Shown: positions 27,789-37,830 of the stretch, in pieces
Layout of the letters: each line of letters opens with the position of its first letter
How positions within the stretch are numbered: position 1 is the stretch's first letter
The notes under the pieces: model-generated
Seen by the model: the letters and a program-made list of their open reading frames with translations, nothing else
What the model was told of the DNA's origin: nothing
The model's database searches: none
Assembly (NCBI GenBank): GCA_045047305.1
Contig: JASFYO010000029.1
Span: forward strand, 1-64,000
From: Planctomycetota bacterium
Lineage (GTDB): Bacteria; Planctomycetota; UBA1135
DNA length: 64,000 nt
Reading direction: 5' to 3'
Position numbers and translations under genes: made by a program

Positions 27789-30700
27789 CTAGGTCCTAAA
27801 CAGGGGATGATGTTCCCTCCATTCATGCCCTGAATGGGCAGTGGGGAAGCCTGTAATTCTAGAGGAAATATGCTCTGCCTCCAAGGGAATCCAGCCAGCA
27901 AGGGCTAATCCGATGCGGGCGCCTGAGGAACCTGCAGGGCCGACATCGGCCGCGGCAGCCATCCATGCGGCAAATGGGGCCAACATGCGGGTACCGCGCG
28001 GCAGTCTGCGTAACGCGGTATCCAATCGAAAGTCCCCGAGGCGCAGTTCAGAAGCCCATGTAAACACAGCATTTAGGCGCGGATGGTCAGAAAATAGCTG
28101 TTTTAGTTCGGCGATTGTGGATTGCCCTAAGTCCATCCAGCGCACACCACGTTCCTCCAATGGGGCCATGCTCGCAGACCAGCCGGTGGCATGGCAACTT
28201 GGGCACGCCAGAGACCATTCTGGGTGAAGCCAGACGAGGCGACGGCCACGACAAGTGGCACAACGATGCGGCGAGCGTCGCACATCTAGGTCTACGCTGC
28301 CCCACCCATGCAAGCGGGCAACCTCTGATTTCTGAAAGTATTGGCTCAATTCAACCTCAACCCCCAAGGCTGCACGCAAATCCATCTCCACTTTGGCGCG
28401 TGGTGGATCACACCATTGCTTCATGGAGAAAGGCATCGGAAATGGCATGGGTGGGTCCAGCAGGAGTTTCTCACTTGTCCTCCCCGCTTCATCCAAGGCC
28501 CAGGCCTCGGGGTCGGTGAAGTGGAAAATGGCATTGCCGTTCAGCATACGCTTGGCGAAGCGCCGTGCGATTCCAGGTGGCAATCCAGAGAGCGGTTGAT
28601 CTGCAAGTAACACCACGCCCTGCAGTGGATTCAATAACCAACCACATAAGCGCGCAGCTTGTTGCTCCAAGTTAGTTAAAGAGGTCCAGTTGTGGCCAAC
28701 AGGGCGAGAGAGCAAGGAAGTACCCGCTAGCAATTCCACTGCGTCGGCGAAAAGCGGAATGACATCTTTTTGCTGCGCACATACGCGCAACACATCCAGC
28801 AAGGGGTAGCGCTGCAAGTCGGATGCCTTGAGCTTGCCAAGCCGCGCCTCCATCGGGATGTTTTCGCGTTCACAATCACGACATTTTTTTGGATGAAAAT
28901 GCCACTGATGCTTAAAGGTTTGCGGCACCACGGCAATCGCTTTACCTTCGCCCAGTAAAACGCAGTGGTGGGCGATATCGCGTAAACGGCCGATGGCATC
29001 TTCCTCATTTGGATTGAGGCGATCCAACCAAACCATGTCCCCAGCTCGCAGTGGTTCCTGCTCATCGCGACGCCAACGGATAATCTCATTTCCGCGTAAG
29101 AAACGTCGAAAGCCCGCGGCTTGGAGCCAGGCGGTATGCTCTTTGCGTTCAAGAAAGGCATCGGGCAGTGGGGTAGCGAAAATGAGGTCGTCGGAGTCGG
29201 AAAGCGCCCGTGCGGCTTGTTCGAAGGAGATCCAAGGTCCACCCCCACCGCATCCGGCACAAACCGAACTACCATGCGTTTCAAGAACTGTCTGAATCGG
29301 TGCAGAGAGGCCAAGAACGGCGGTTAAATGGGTTCCTCGCGGTGGGTCCACTGGCCAGGCGGCAGGCGTCCAGTCTTCCTCGACTACTGAATCAGATTCC
29401 ACAGTATCTCCAGCATCCACGCCAACGAGGTCATGCAATAAAGGACTGCGCATCGCAAGCTCGCGCGCCAACTCCTTTTCCAAATGACCTCGTCCACAAC
29501 GTGCAACATCCTCCTCGATGCGGCGACTACGCAGGGCTTGACGAGGCGGCGGCAAGGGTGGCTCCAGTTCACTGCGACGCCGCGAGACCAACCAAGATCC
29601 AGTTGGCGTATCTTGCAGCAGGACTCCTTCGGCGCTCCCTTGATAAATCAATTGGCCGCCATCCGCTCCCGCGCCAGGGCCAATCTCTATCATCCAATCC
29701 GTGGCACGCAATAGGTATTCATGATGCTCCACCACCCAAAAGCTATGTCCGTCTTTACATAACTCGCGTAACAATTTCACCACACGACGCGCTTCCTGCA
29801 CCGGCAAACCCAAACACGGTTCATCCAAAATGAATAATTTTGGCGCCCCAGGACGTGCGGTCGACAAAACCCTGGCTAAGGCAATACGGCCACGTTCGCC
29901 TAAAGAAAGGAAGCGGCCACGTTCGCCCAAAGTGCGGTCACCCATACCTAGCGAAATTAAATGACGCACCGTACTGCGCAACCTTCCTTTCGCTGGCAGA
30001 CGTTTCTCTAGCTTCTCTAGCGGAGTAGTTAACCAATCACGCAGCGGACGATTGCGCAAACGCAACTCCAATAAGTCTTCGCGCAAGCCTAATCCTGCGC
30101 ATGCCGGACACGGTAAATGGTGAACGTCGATTGCGTAGCCATCACAAACAAGACAAGCGCCTTTACCTGGACGAGCCACCAAATGCCCGGCCTCGATTCC
30201 ACGTATCCGAGCTTCTTCACTCGAAGCAAAAGCATCACGCACTTCTTTCCACACACCAGAGAGCGTGGCGATCGTGCTTGCAGGAGACCAACGCAAAGCT
30301 CGCTCCAGTAGTGAATGCACACCACCCTCCGGAATTTTGCCTTTTACGCGTTCTTCTGCCCGTAGCCGTGGCAGAATTTCTTGTTCCAACAAAGTGCTCT
30401 TCCCGCTTCCAGATACACCACAGAAGGTCACCACGCGACCTAATGGTATGCTGAGCTTCTTCATATTGAGATGGCGTGTCTGCACGTTAGGGAAGTGCAG
30501 AAACTCTTGCGCGGGCGGCGCAGTAGAGGGATCGTCTAGCCAATCTTCCGCCGGCAATTGAGCACGTTGGCCCTGCCCTACCACCAAGCCGCCTCCCGGG
30601 CCACCATGCGGCCCAAGGGCCAGCCAATGATGTGCCGCTTCTAAAAACTCGCGCGCTGGATCGGCAGTAAATACCGTGTTCCCTTGTGCAACTAACTCTT

Positions 30701-31790
30701 GCAAAAGCACTGCCACTGTTTGCCGCTCGCGCCCGTGCAAGCCCATGCCTGGTTCATCTAACAGCACCGTTTGACCGCGACGCACTTGCGCAATCCAGGA
30801 CACCAACTCCAAGCGTCGGGCCTCGCCTAAGGAAAGCGTGCCGAGCAGACGATTCCCTGCCAAATGGCCAAGCCCTGTGCGGTGCAATAATTCCAAGCGT
30901 CGGCGGGCGCGACCATGTTTGGGCAAAGGTTTCAACTGCAGCCAATCTTGCAGCGGCAGATCCATCCAGGCAGACCAAGATTTGCCCTCAAGGCAGCGGT
31001 CTTGCAACTGAAGATTACGATACCAATCTTCTACTGCATGGCTTTGATGCAACAGTCCGCAGTGCGGGCAACGATCTGCGGCGGCGAAATCGAAAGTCTC
31101 CTGATGGACCACTAAGCGCATTGCTACGCCTCTGGCCAGGGAAGAGGCCAAGGCATCGCGGAGTCGCAGTTCCTGTCCTCCACGCCATTTGAATCGATCA
31201 AGCAACAGCCATGCATCTTCCGCCAAACGCGATGGAGCTTCCTCCAGACGCGCCAAAGTTTCACCCATGCGGTAACGAGTCCATCCAGATTGCAACAGGG
31301 CGGCAGAATCCGCATCCGCGGCGGCAGACAGAACTAATACCGTCGCACCCTCATCCCAATGCTCAGCCATAGCCAACATTTTCTCAACCGATGGCGGACG
31401 CCAAGTACATGCACACCCGGTGCACAAGTACTCGCCTTTTTCCGCCCAGGCCTTTTGCATGAGGGAAAGTAAATCTAGTACCTCAACTAGAGCAACCTTA
31501 CGGCGACCACGCGGGATTTCACCTGCTGAGGCTATCACGGGATCCAAGCCCACGACCTCATCAGCCAATGGCTTCAGCCAAGACTCTTCTTGTCCAGGAA
31601 GGGCGCGCGGGTCCTCTAAAATCTCGAATCGGCGCCGCGAAACAGGTTCCAACACCCCAAATAACAAAGCGCTTTTGCCCGCTCCACTGGGACCATGCAC
31701 CGCCGTCCAACTGCCGCGTTGCAGATCCAAATCGAGGTTTTTCAAGTTGCCTGCACGCAAACCCCGCAGGCGAATGGAGTCCGAAGCCAT
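27789..31790 (-). CDS. Divergent tandem UvrA-like ABC ATPase (second copy degenerate)
   Basis: NLKNLDL..GPSGAGKS, LSLGE..LLDEP, GVSGSGKST, LSLGE..ILDEP..VEH, GPGAGADGG and several CxxC pairs; the C-terminal ~590 aa repeat the pattern without Walker A. Confidence 0.8.
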   Translation of the reverse strand: MASDSIRLRGLRAGNLKNLDLDLQRGSWTAVHGPSGAGKSALLFGVLEPVSRRRFEILEDPRALPGQEESWLKPLADEVVGLDPVIASAGEIPRGRRKVALVEVLDLLSLMQKAWAEKGEYLCTGCACTWRPPSVEKMLAMAEHWDEGATVLVLSAAADADSAALLQSGWTRYRMGETLARLEEAPSRLAEDAWLLLDRFKWRGGQELRLRDALASSLARGVAMRLVVHQETFDFAAADRCPHCGLLHQSHAVEDWYRNLQLQDRCLEGKSWSAWMDLPLQDWLQLKPLPKHGRARRRLELLHRTGLGHLAGNRLLGTLSLGEARRLELVSWIAQVRRGQTVLLDEPGMGLHGRERQTVAVLLQELVAQGNTVFTADPAREFLEAAHHWLALGPHGGPGGGLVVGQGQRAQLPAEDWLDDPSTAPPAQEFLHFPNVQTRHLNMKKLSIPLGRVVTFCGVSGSGKSTLLEQEILPRLRAEERVKGKIPEGGVHSLLERALRWSPASTIATLSGVWKEVRDAFASSEEARIRGIEAGHLVARPGKGACLVCDGYAIDVHHLPCPACAGLGLREDLLELRLRNRPLRDWLTTPLEKLEKRLPAKGRLRSTVRHLISLGMGDRTLGERGRFLSLGERGRIALARVLSTARPGAPKLFILDEPCLGLPVQEARRVVKLLRELCKDGHSFWVVEHHEYLLRATDWMIEIGPGAGADGGQLIYQGSAEGVLLQDTPTGSWLVSRRRSELEPPLPPPRQALRSRRIEEDVARCGRGHLEKELARELAMRSPLLHDLVGVDAGDTVESDSVVEEDWTPAAWPVDPPRGTHLTAVLGLSAPIQTVLETHGSSVCAGCGGGGPWISFEQAARALSDSDDLIFATPLPDAFLERKEHTAWLQAAGFRRFLRGNEIIRWRRDEQEPLRAGDMVWLDRLNPNEEDAIGRLRDIAHHCVLLGEGKAIAVVPQTFKHQWHFHPKKCRDCERENIPMEARLGKLKASDLQRYPLLDVLRVCAQQKDVIPLFADAVELLAGTSLLSRPVGHNWTSLTNLEQQAARLCGWLLNPLQGVVLLADQPLSGLPPGIARRFAKRMLNGNAIFHFTDPEAWALDEAGRTSEKLLLDPPMPFPMPFSMKQWCDPPRAKVEMDLRAALGVEVELSQYFQKSEVARLHGWGSVDLDVRRSPHRCATCRGRRLVWLHPEWSLACPSCHATGWSASMAPLEERGVRWMDLGQSTIAELKQLFSDHPRLNAVFTWASELRLGDFRLDTALRRLPRGTRMLAPFAAWMAAAADVGPAGSSGARIGLALAGWIPLEAEHISSRITGFPTAHSGHEWREHHPLFRT

Positions 31791-31792
31791 GC

Positions 31793-32641
31793 TTAGGTTT
31801 CGCGGTCTCCCAAGTCGGGGAAGTCAGGACCTCGATTTTCCGCCAGCAAGGCGCGCGTGGCATGGACCAGCTCTTGCGGGCCCGCAATAAGATTACCATC
31901 AAAAACCCAATCCCCGCCGGGACACAGAGTATCGACAACACCGCCTGCCTCTTGTACTAAAAGACCTGCTGCTGCCACATCCCATGGGGATAGATGCAAC
32001 TCCCAAAAAGCATCGATGCGACCGGCAGCAACATAAGCCAAATCAATCGCGGCAGAACCCATGCGGCGAATGCCGCGCTGATGCAAAAACATGCGATTGA
32101 AATTCTCGAGATTATTATCTGCAAGAAGATGACGACGGTAGGGAAAACCAGTTGCAAATAGAGATTCAAGCGGTTTTCTACTATCGGAAACTTGAAGGCG
32201 CTTTCCATTTAGAAAAGCCCCTCCACCACGAATCGCGGTAAAAGTTTCCTGCAAGCGTGGTAAATGCACAACTGCCAGTTGTGGCACACCCCGATGCAGA
32301 CGAGCTATCGAAACGGCATACATGGGCAACTGATGCACGAAATTGACCGTCCCGTCTAAGGGGTCAATACACCACATGGATGTGGAATCAGGGTTCCGCA
32401 CTGCATCACCCGCACTCTCCTCAGCAAGGAAAGTGTCTTCAGGAAAGGCAGCGGACAAATGCTTCAGCAAATAGTTTTCACTAGCCAGATCCGCGGCGGT
32501 CACCAAATCACGGCTGGAGCTTTTGGAGCCGATCTGATCCTTTGCTAGCCGTCCGCTCCAATCCAAAAGGATTTCTCCGGCACCGAGGGCGAGCGCTTCG
32601 GCTTGAGCTAAAGCAGCAGTTAAGGAATCCGTGGCGCTCAT
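31793..32641 (-). CDS. suhB: Inositol monophosphatase
   Basis: DLVTAAD, WCIDPLDGTVNF, RRMGSAAIDL and WDVAAA. Confidence 0.92.
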   Translation of the reverse strand: MSATDSLTAALAQAEALALGAGEILLDWSGRLAKDQIGSKSSSRDLVTAADLASENYLLKHLSAAFPEDTFLAEESAGDAVRNPDSTSMWCIDPLDGTVNFVHQLPMYAVSIARLHRGVPQLAVVHLPRLQETFTAIRGGGAFLNGKRLQVSDSRKPLESLFATGFPYRRHLLADNNLENFNRMFLHQRGIRRMGSAAIDLAYVAAGRIDAFWELHLSPWDVAAAGLLVQEAGGVVDTLCPGGDWVFDGNLIAGPQELVHATRALLAENRGPDFPDLGDRET

Positions 32642-34089
32642 GCTTCACTGCGCAGAAAAGCGCTAAAAAATTGGTCTTGAAGTTCTTTAAAGCGTCGGTT
32701 GTTGGTGTTCTTGTTTTTGGAACGATCGAAGTTCACTAAAAAGGAGAACACGGCGATACGTCCATCCTGCAGCAACAAGTAACCGCTTAAGGAGCTTGCT
32801 CCAAGAATGAATCCGGTTTTAGCATGGATGCGCTGAGGACTAAAAATGGGGTTCTTAAACCGCGTCTTCAAACTAGCGTCGACGCCGCCAATAGGCAGAG
32901 TGTCAAAGAACAGAGCACCGCGCGGATGTTGCGCTATTTGGCGCAAAATGTGACAGAGCTCCTCCGCCGTACAAGTGTTAAGACTCATGCTACTTGAGCG
33001 TGCCATACCGCTGCCGTCGGCCTGTTGAAAACCAAGTTCCTGATTGAGCTCACCTGACAAAATCTCATGGATGGCCGCAGCGCCAGAAACGAAATCGCCC
33101 GCCTGCTTCTTTTCAGCGCCGAGCGTCTTCATCAGGACTTCTGCAAGGTAGTTGTCGCTTTGCTTATTGGTGACAACGAGCACGTCGGCCAGAGTCCATT
33201 CCGAACGCCAGTCCAGTATTAATTCTCCGCTTTGCGGAGCTGCAGCAGAATCAAGCTGTGCAATCGCACCAACCCCAATCCCATGCTTCTTCAGCGCCGT
33301 CTTCAGCCAGGCGGCGTAAACTACCATGGGGTCTTGCACCGCAAAGCGAACACTCTCATTTTTTCCTGTGGTGGACCGAGCAATCACAATCTCATTCGCA
33401 CTTGCCCCCCACCACGCGGATAAAGATTTCCCCTTCTTCTTTGCGTAGCGAATGTGCATGCCAGCAGAGACATCGGGCACAGTATGAATACGGCCTTCGG
33501 TGCAAACCACTTCGAGGCAACCGCCCTCAATGGCAAGTGCAGAAACCGGTGCGCAATAAGTTTGCTGGGCCTGATTACTCGGCCAGTCTGGATGACGATA
33601 CTGCTTATCGAAATAGCGACCATCTAACTCCAGCGTTTCGATAAAACTCAAACCTTGCTCACGCAATCGGTCCGCCAATGCGCGAACAAAACGTGCTGCA
33701 TAATCAATATCTCCGATCCGACGCATAGAGGGATCTCCATACCCAACCACGCGAACCACCTTTTGATTTAAGAAAACTTTGGTGTGCCAACGATAGGTAT
33801 CCGGCAAAGCCATGAGTGCCGCAGCTGTAGTCAGAATTTTATTATTCGAGGCAAGCCGCTGCGGATCATCTCCGCGAAAGTCGTAAAGCACCTCCCCTTC
33901 CAAAGTCTCGACGTGCACCGCCACTTCCAGGAAATGCTCCCGATCGACTGCCTCTAACATAGCATCTAACTGTGGGTTCGACTTCGCTGGAGAGGCAACC
34001 GCGTCCACCGGCAACGCCTGTGCACCTAGCTGCGACGTCATCCCAAGCAACAGGAAAACGTGCAGGTGAAAACGCAATCGTCGGATCAA
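32638..34089 (-). CDS. dacB: D-Ala-D-Ala carboxypeptidase/endopeptidase PBP4 (peptidase S13)
   Basis: SNNK, SDN and KTG catalytic motifs; GDP and DGSG motifs; signal peptide. Confidence 0.92.
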   Translation of the reverse strand: MIRRLRFHLHVFLLLGMTSQLGAQALPVDAVASPAKSNPQLDAMLEAVDREHFLEVAVHVETLEGEVLYDFRGDDPQRLASNNKILTTAAALMALPDTYRWHTKVFLNQKVVRVVGYGDPSMRRIGDIDYAARFVRALADRLREQGLSFIETLELDGRYFDKQYRHPDWPSNQAQQTYCAPVSALAIEGGCLEVVCTEGRIHTVPDVSAGMHIRYAKKKGKSLSAWWGASANEIVIARSTTGKNESVRFAVQDPMVVYAAWLKTALKKHGIGVGAIAQLDSAAAPQSGELILDWRSEWTLADVLVVTNKQSDNYLAEVLMKTLGAEKKQAGDFVSGAAAIHEILSGELNQELGFQQADGSGMARSSSMSLNTCTAEELCHILRQIAQHPRGALFFDTLPIGGVDASLKTRFKNPIFSPQRIHAKTGFILGASSLSGYLLLQDGRIAVFSFLVNFDRSKNKNTNNRRFKELQDQFFSAFLRSEA

Positions 34090-35663
34090 GGCCGCACGCC
34101 CTCATACGCTACGGCCCAAGCCACAGCGGTGTACAGTTTTGCAATCAGAGAAATCTTCTTGGCGTTAATAGTTTCAGCGATGTCGGTTGGCTGATGATAA
34201 TCCTTGTTGTCGTGCAGATCCGCCTCAAAAAAGAAAAGCCCATCCACTCCTTTCTGATGGAAGCTGTACTGATCACTCCGGGCATACAAATCACGCCCTT
34301 GCTTATTATCCATTTTCAGAGGGCTCTTGATGCGCTTATGCATGACCCCCACCAACTTTGCCCAACCAGGTCGGTCCCAGAGTCCGCCAATGTTGATTTT
34401 CTTGGTTGTCCCTCGACCTACCATGTCCATATTCAGCATGCCTACCGCATTTTCTAGAGGGAAAATCGGATGATCACAATAGGCGGACGAACCCAGCATT
34501 CCCATTTCCTCGCCGGTGAACCACAGAAACAGAACGTCGATTTCTGGTTTGGTGCCGGCAAGTCCTTGTGCAACTTCCAACAAGGCAGCACTACCACTGG
34601 CATTGTCATCTGCGCCAGGGCGGAGTTGGAAACGAATGTTGTCGGCAGCGACATCAAAACCGACGTGATCTAAATGCGCACCCAAAATGAGATGTTCGCC
34701 TCCAGACTCCTTACCCGGCAACAAGGCGGCGAGATTAAACGTATTGCGGGTTTCACTTTCCCACTCAACCTCCAAGTGAATCTCGATGCCCTTTTTCGAT
34801 TTTAGCACCTTGGCCTTCTTCTTTTTCTCCATACCCTGGTAGTAAGCACCAATGTCTTGATCAAAAATACGACCTGCGACTTCACGCGAGACCGACATAA
34901 CCGGAATCGAGGGAAAGCCGAATCTTCTTTGTAGTCCCACTGGACCGGCGCCACGGTTGTCGACGAACGGAACCATGCCAGGCAGCGGTTCTGTATCGTC
35001 GAAGACCATACCTGGGTCTGGCACTAACACCAAAGCCAAACCACCAGCCTTTTCGATTTCGCGCGCCTTATTTTTGACTTCTGAATAGCGAGTTGAAGCA
35101 GTGCCATCAAAGCGCCGTGACTTCGGGTCATCAGCAAAGGGCTCGCGGGTGAAGGCAAATACGATTTTGCCTTTCACATCCTTCTTTTTGACATCACGCC
35201 ATTTTTCTTTTTTTGCGTCAATCGCATAACCAATAAACACCGCTTCTCCCCATGCACTTTCTTCCTGGCTACCAATGACGGGAACAAAATGTTGCTCCAC
35301 GAGTAGAGGCATACTTTCTGCCAAACCAGAGACCTCAAAATGGCAATCCTTGCCTGCAACCACGCAGGAAATCGAAACTGGATTACGAAAGGAATCACCG
35401 TTGGCAGGCTGATACCCCAAGGCAGTCAGTTGCTCCTCCACGAAAACTGCGGCGCGTTCAAAGCCAGGAGTTAGGGTGCCGCGGCCGCCCATTCCGGGTG
35501 CTGCGAGGATCTGAACGTTGGCATAACTATCTTGCTCGGTAATCGTCTCCAGAACCTCTTCCAAAGTGGTGCGCTCATAAACCTTAGCCGAAGTAGTCGG
35601 CTCCTGCGCCCCAAGAGGAATTGGGGTGAGTAGAAGTGCGCTTAGGAAAAGGATGTATTTCAT
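34086..35663 (-). CDS. M28-family peptidase with PA domain
   Basis: Signal peptide from MKYILFLS; GAHLDH, GADDNASG, GEEMG, NMDMVGR, SDQ and YHQPTD. Confidence 0.92.
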   Translation of the reverse strand: MKYILFLSALLLTPIPLGAQEPTTSAKVYERTTLEEVLETITEQDSYANVQILAAPGMGGRGTLTPGFERAAVFVEEQLTALGYQPANGDSFRNPVSISCVVAGKDCHFEVSGLAESMPLLVEQHFVPVIGSQEESAWGEAVFIGYAIDAKKEKWRDVKKKDVKGKIVFAFTREPFADDPKSRRFDGTASTRYSEVKNKAREIEKAGGLALVLVPDPGMVFDDTEPLPGMVPFVDNRGAGPVGLQRRFGFPSIPVMSVSREVAGRIFDQDIGAYYQGMEKKKKAKVLKSKKGIEIHLEVEWESETRNTFNLAALLPGKESGGEHLILGAHLDHVGFDVAADNIRFQLRPGADDNASGSAALLEVAQGLAGTKPEIDVLFLWFTGEEMGMLGSSAYCDHPIFPLENAVGMLNMDMVGRGTTKKINIGGLWDRPGWAKLVGVMHKRIKSPLKMDNKQGRDLYARSDQYSFHQKGVDGLFFFEADLHDNKDYHQPTDIAETINAKKISLIAKLYTAVAWAVAYEGVRP

Positions 35664-36637
35664 GAGAGATAGCCCTGAGGTGAGGCAGCATGCCAGCGTA
35701 CCGCGGAATCCACAATGGAGGATAGCTCGGAACGTGTAGCAGTCCAACCCAACACTTGTTTAGCCAAACTGGGGTCCGCCACCAGGCGTGCGGGGTCTCC
35801 GGGGCGTCGTGGCGCTGGACTCCATGAAATCGACTTACCGGTTGCGTTCTCGACGGCGCGGATGACGTCGAGCACGGAATGGCCTTGGCCGGTGCCTAGG
35901 TTGAGTGAAATCGGTGCGCCACCTTCAAACAGGTACTGCAAAGCGCGGACATGGGCATCGGCAAGGTCCTCAATGTGGATGTAATCACGCACACAGGTGC
36001 CATCGGGAGTAGGCCAATCCATGCCAAAAACGGCCATGGGTTCTTGCAGCAAGCCCATTGCACTCAAAATAGCGCGAGGAATAAGGTGCGGCTCCGGATC
36101 ATGATGCTCCCCATACCCAGGTTCGGCTTCTGCACCAGCAGCATTGAAATAACGCAGGGCTACAAAATCGCCTTGCTTGGCATCAGCTCGGTCGCGCAAA
36201 AGACGTTCGGCAGCGAGCTTGGTTGCCCCATAGGGGTTCACCGGTGTTGGCGTGAGCTTTTCCGACAACAAGTCGACGTCCGGTTCTCCATAGGTCGCGC
36301 AGGTGGAACTCAACACGAAGGGCACTGTGGGGAATGCTTCGCATAGATGAATGACCGGTACTAGGTTTGCATGCCAATAGCGCAAGGGTTGCACCACGCT
36401 CTGTGCAATGTAAGCGCGCGCTGCAAAGTGAATGATGCCATCAAAAGATTCGCGCGCTGCAAAAGCATGCACTTTGGAGGCGTCGCGTAAATCGAACTCC
36501 TCGATGGCACCTTTCCATGCGGCCCGATGGCCTTCGGAAAAGTCATCGACCACCAAGACGTCGTAGCCTTTGCGCTCGAGGAGGCGCGCTGTTGCAGAAC
36601 CGATGTAGCCGCAGCCACCCGTGACTAGGATTCTCAT
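35660..36637 (-). CDS. galE: UDP-glucose 4-epimerase
   Basis: GGCGYIGS, HFAA, YGATK, LRYFNAAGA, DGTCVRDYIH and RRPGDP. Confidence 0.95.
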   Translation of the reverse strand: MRILVTGGCGYIGSATARLLERKGYDVLVVDDFSEGHRAAWKGAIEEFDLRDASKVHAFAARESFDGIIHFAARAYIAQSVVQPLRYWHANLVPVIHLCEAFPTVPFVLSSTCATYGEPDVDLLSEKLTPTPVNPYGATKLAAERLLRDRADAKQGDFVALRYFNAAGAEAEPGYGEHHDPEPHLIPRAILSAMGLLQEPMAVFGMDWPTPDGTCVRDYIHIEDLADAHVRALQYLFEGGAPISLNLGTGQGHSVLDVIRAVENATGKSISWSPAPRRPGDPARLVADPSLAKQVLGWTATRSELSSIVDSAVRWHAASPQGYLS

Positions 36638-37830
36638 CCTCCTAGTTTGCCGGCGTCGGACTGTTCTTTCCACCACGCCCACCAAGCTAACTTGAGGCTC
36701 CTTCGCTGTTCAAGGTCCGGATCGAGACCAAGTCCGATGCTGTGGTTGGTTATCGCCTCGCAAGCAGCGCGGGCGCCACGGAATCGTGAACGATCTTCTG
36801 GGTCCATGACATCCAAAATCGGAGCCATCTCAGCCGCTGTACCTAGAACCGTCAAGCTGCGCAAAGCCTGCACCACGACTGCCGAGTCTTGATGCTGCAA
36901 AAAAGGAAGAATGGCACCCGTGCGCCCGACTGGGGCTCGCAGGGCGAGTTGCTGCATTGCCAAACGCACTACGCGCAAATCGGGATCATTCAACGCGAAC
37001 TCAAAACTACCGATGTCTTTGGGGAAGCGGTCGCGGGCAAGATAGCGGATTCCTTCAAGCCGCATATCTGGGTCCGTATGGTGGCGTAGCAGCATCAGGG
37101 CATCGGCCACGTTCTCTGGCTGGCCCAACTCAAAAGCATGCAAGCGTTGCACTACGCGCTGCTCTTCTTCGCGGAGAACCACACCATCAAGAGCCCGCTC
37201 GATACAAATCATGGCGCGCGTCAAATCACCCATTTGCTCATGCAAACTAGAAGCTCGCTGCCACCATTCTTGAGACTCACTTCCTTGGGTAAGGTTCCCC
37301 AGTTGCTCACAACGTAAAGCGGCCTCTAACTTGCGGTCCTGTTGCAAGAGCAGAGTCACCATCGCCGCCCAGGCATAGGCCTGTTCTTGGGAGTCCGCAA
37401 AACTTACGTCTAAAACCGCCAAGGCTTCCATCTCGCGACCAGTTTGCTGGTAATCATCTGCCAGATCAATCCGTAACCACAAATCATCGGGCCGGGTCGC
37501 TAGCAAAGTTTCGCGCACTTCCGCCGAGCGATAGGGGTCTCCACCTTTCTCTGCAAGAGCCGCGCGCCGAAACCAGAAGTCTTCATCCAACTCAGCCTCG
37601 GGCAAAGTGGCATAGCGATCCAGCCACATGCCAGCTTCGGCGTAATCCAGCCGAACTTCGGCGGCGCGCGCTAAATCCAGCCAAGAATCCGCAGGGACTT
37701 GCTGCGAATAAGGCGCATTGGTTTCCAATGGGAACGCAGACGAGCTTGCTGCACAAGATGGAAACCAGAGAGTGCCGCCCACAAGGACGGACCAGACTGG
37801 ACATGCGCAACGGTGGAGGCGAAACTTCAT
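36634..37830 (-). CDS. TPR/HEAT-repeat protein, probable lipoprotein
   Basis: FPSC after a hydrophobic stretch; TPR-like helices followed by HEAT-like repeats. Confidence 0.7.
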   Translation of the reverse strand: MKFRLHRCACPVWSVLVGGTLWFPSCAASSSAFPLETNAPYSQQVPADSWLDLARAAEVRLDYAEAGMWLDRYATLPEAELDEDFWFRRAALAEKGGDPYRSAEVRETLLATRPDDLWLRIDLADDYQQTGREMEALAVLDVSFADSQEQAYAWAAMVTLLLQQDRKLEAALRCEQLGNLTQGSESQEWWQRASSLHEQMGDLTRAMICIERALDGVVLREEEQRVVQRLHAFELGQPENVADALMLLRHHTDPDMRLEGIRYLARDRFPKDIGSFEFALNDPDLRVVRLAMQQLALRAPVGRTGAILPFLQHQDSAVVVQALRSLTVLGTAAEMAPILDVMDPEDRSRFRGARAACEAITNHSIGLGLDPDLEQRRSLKLAWWAWWKEQSDAGKLGG

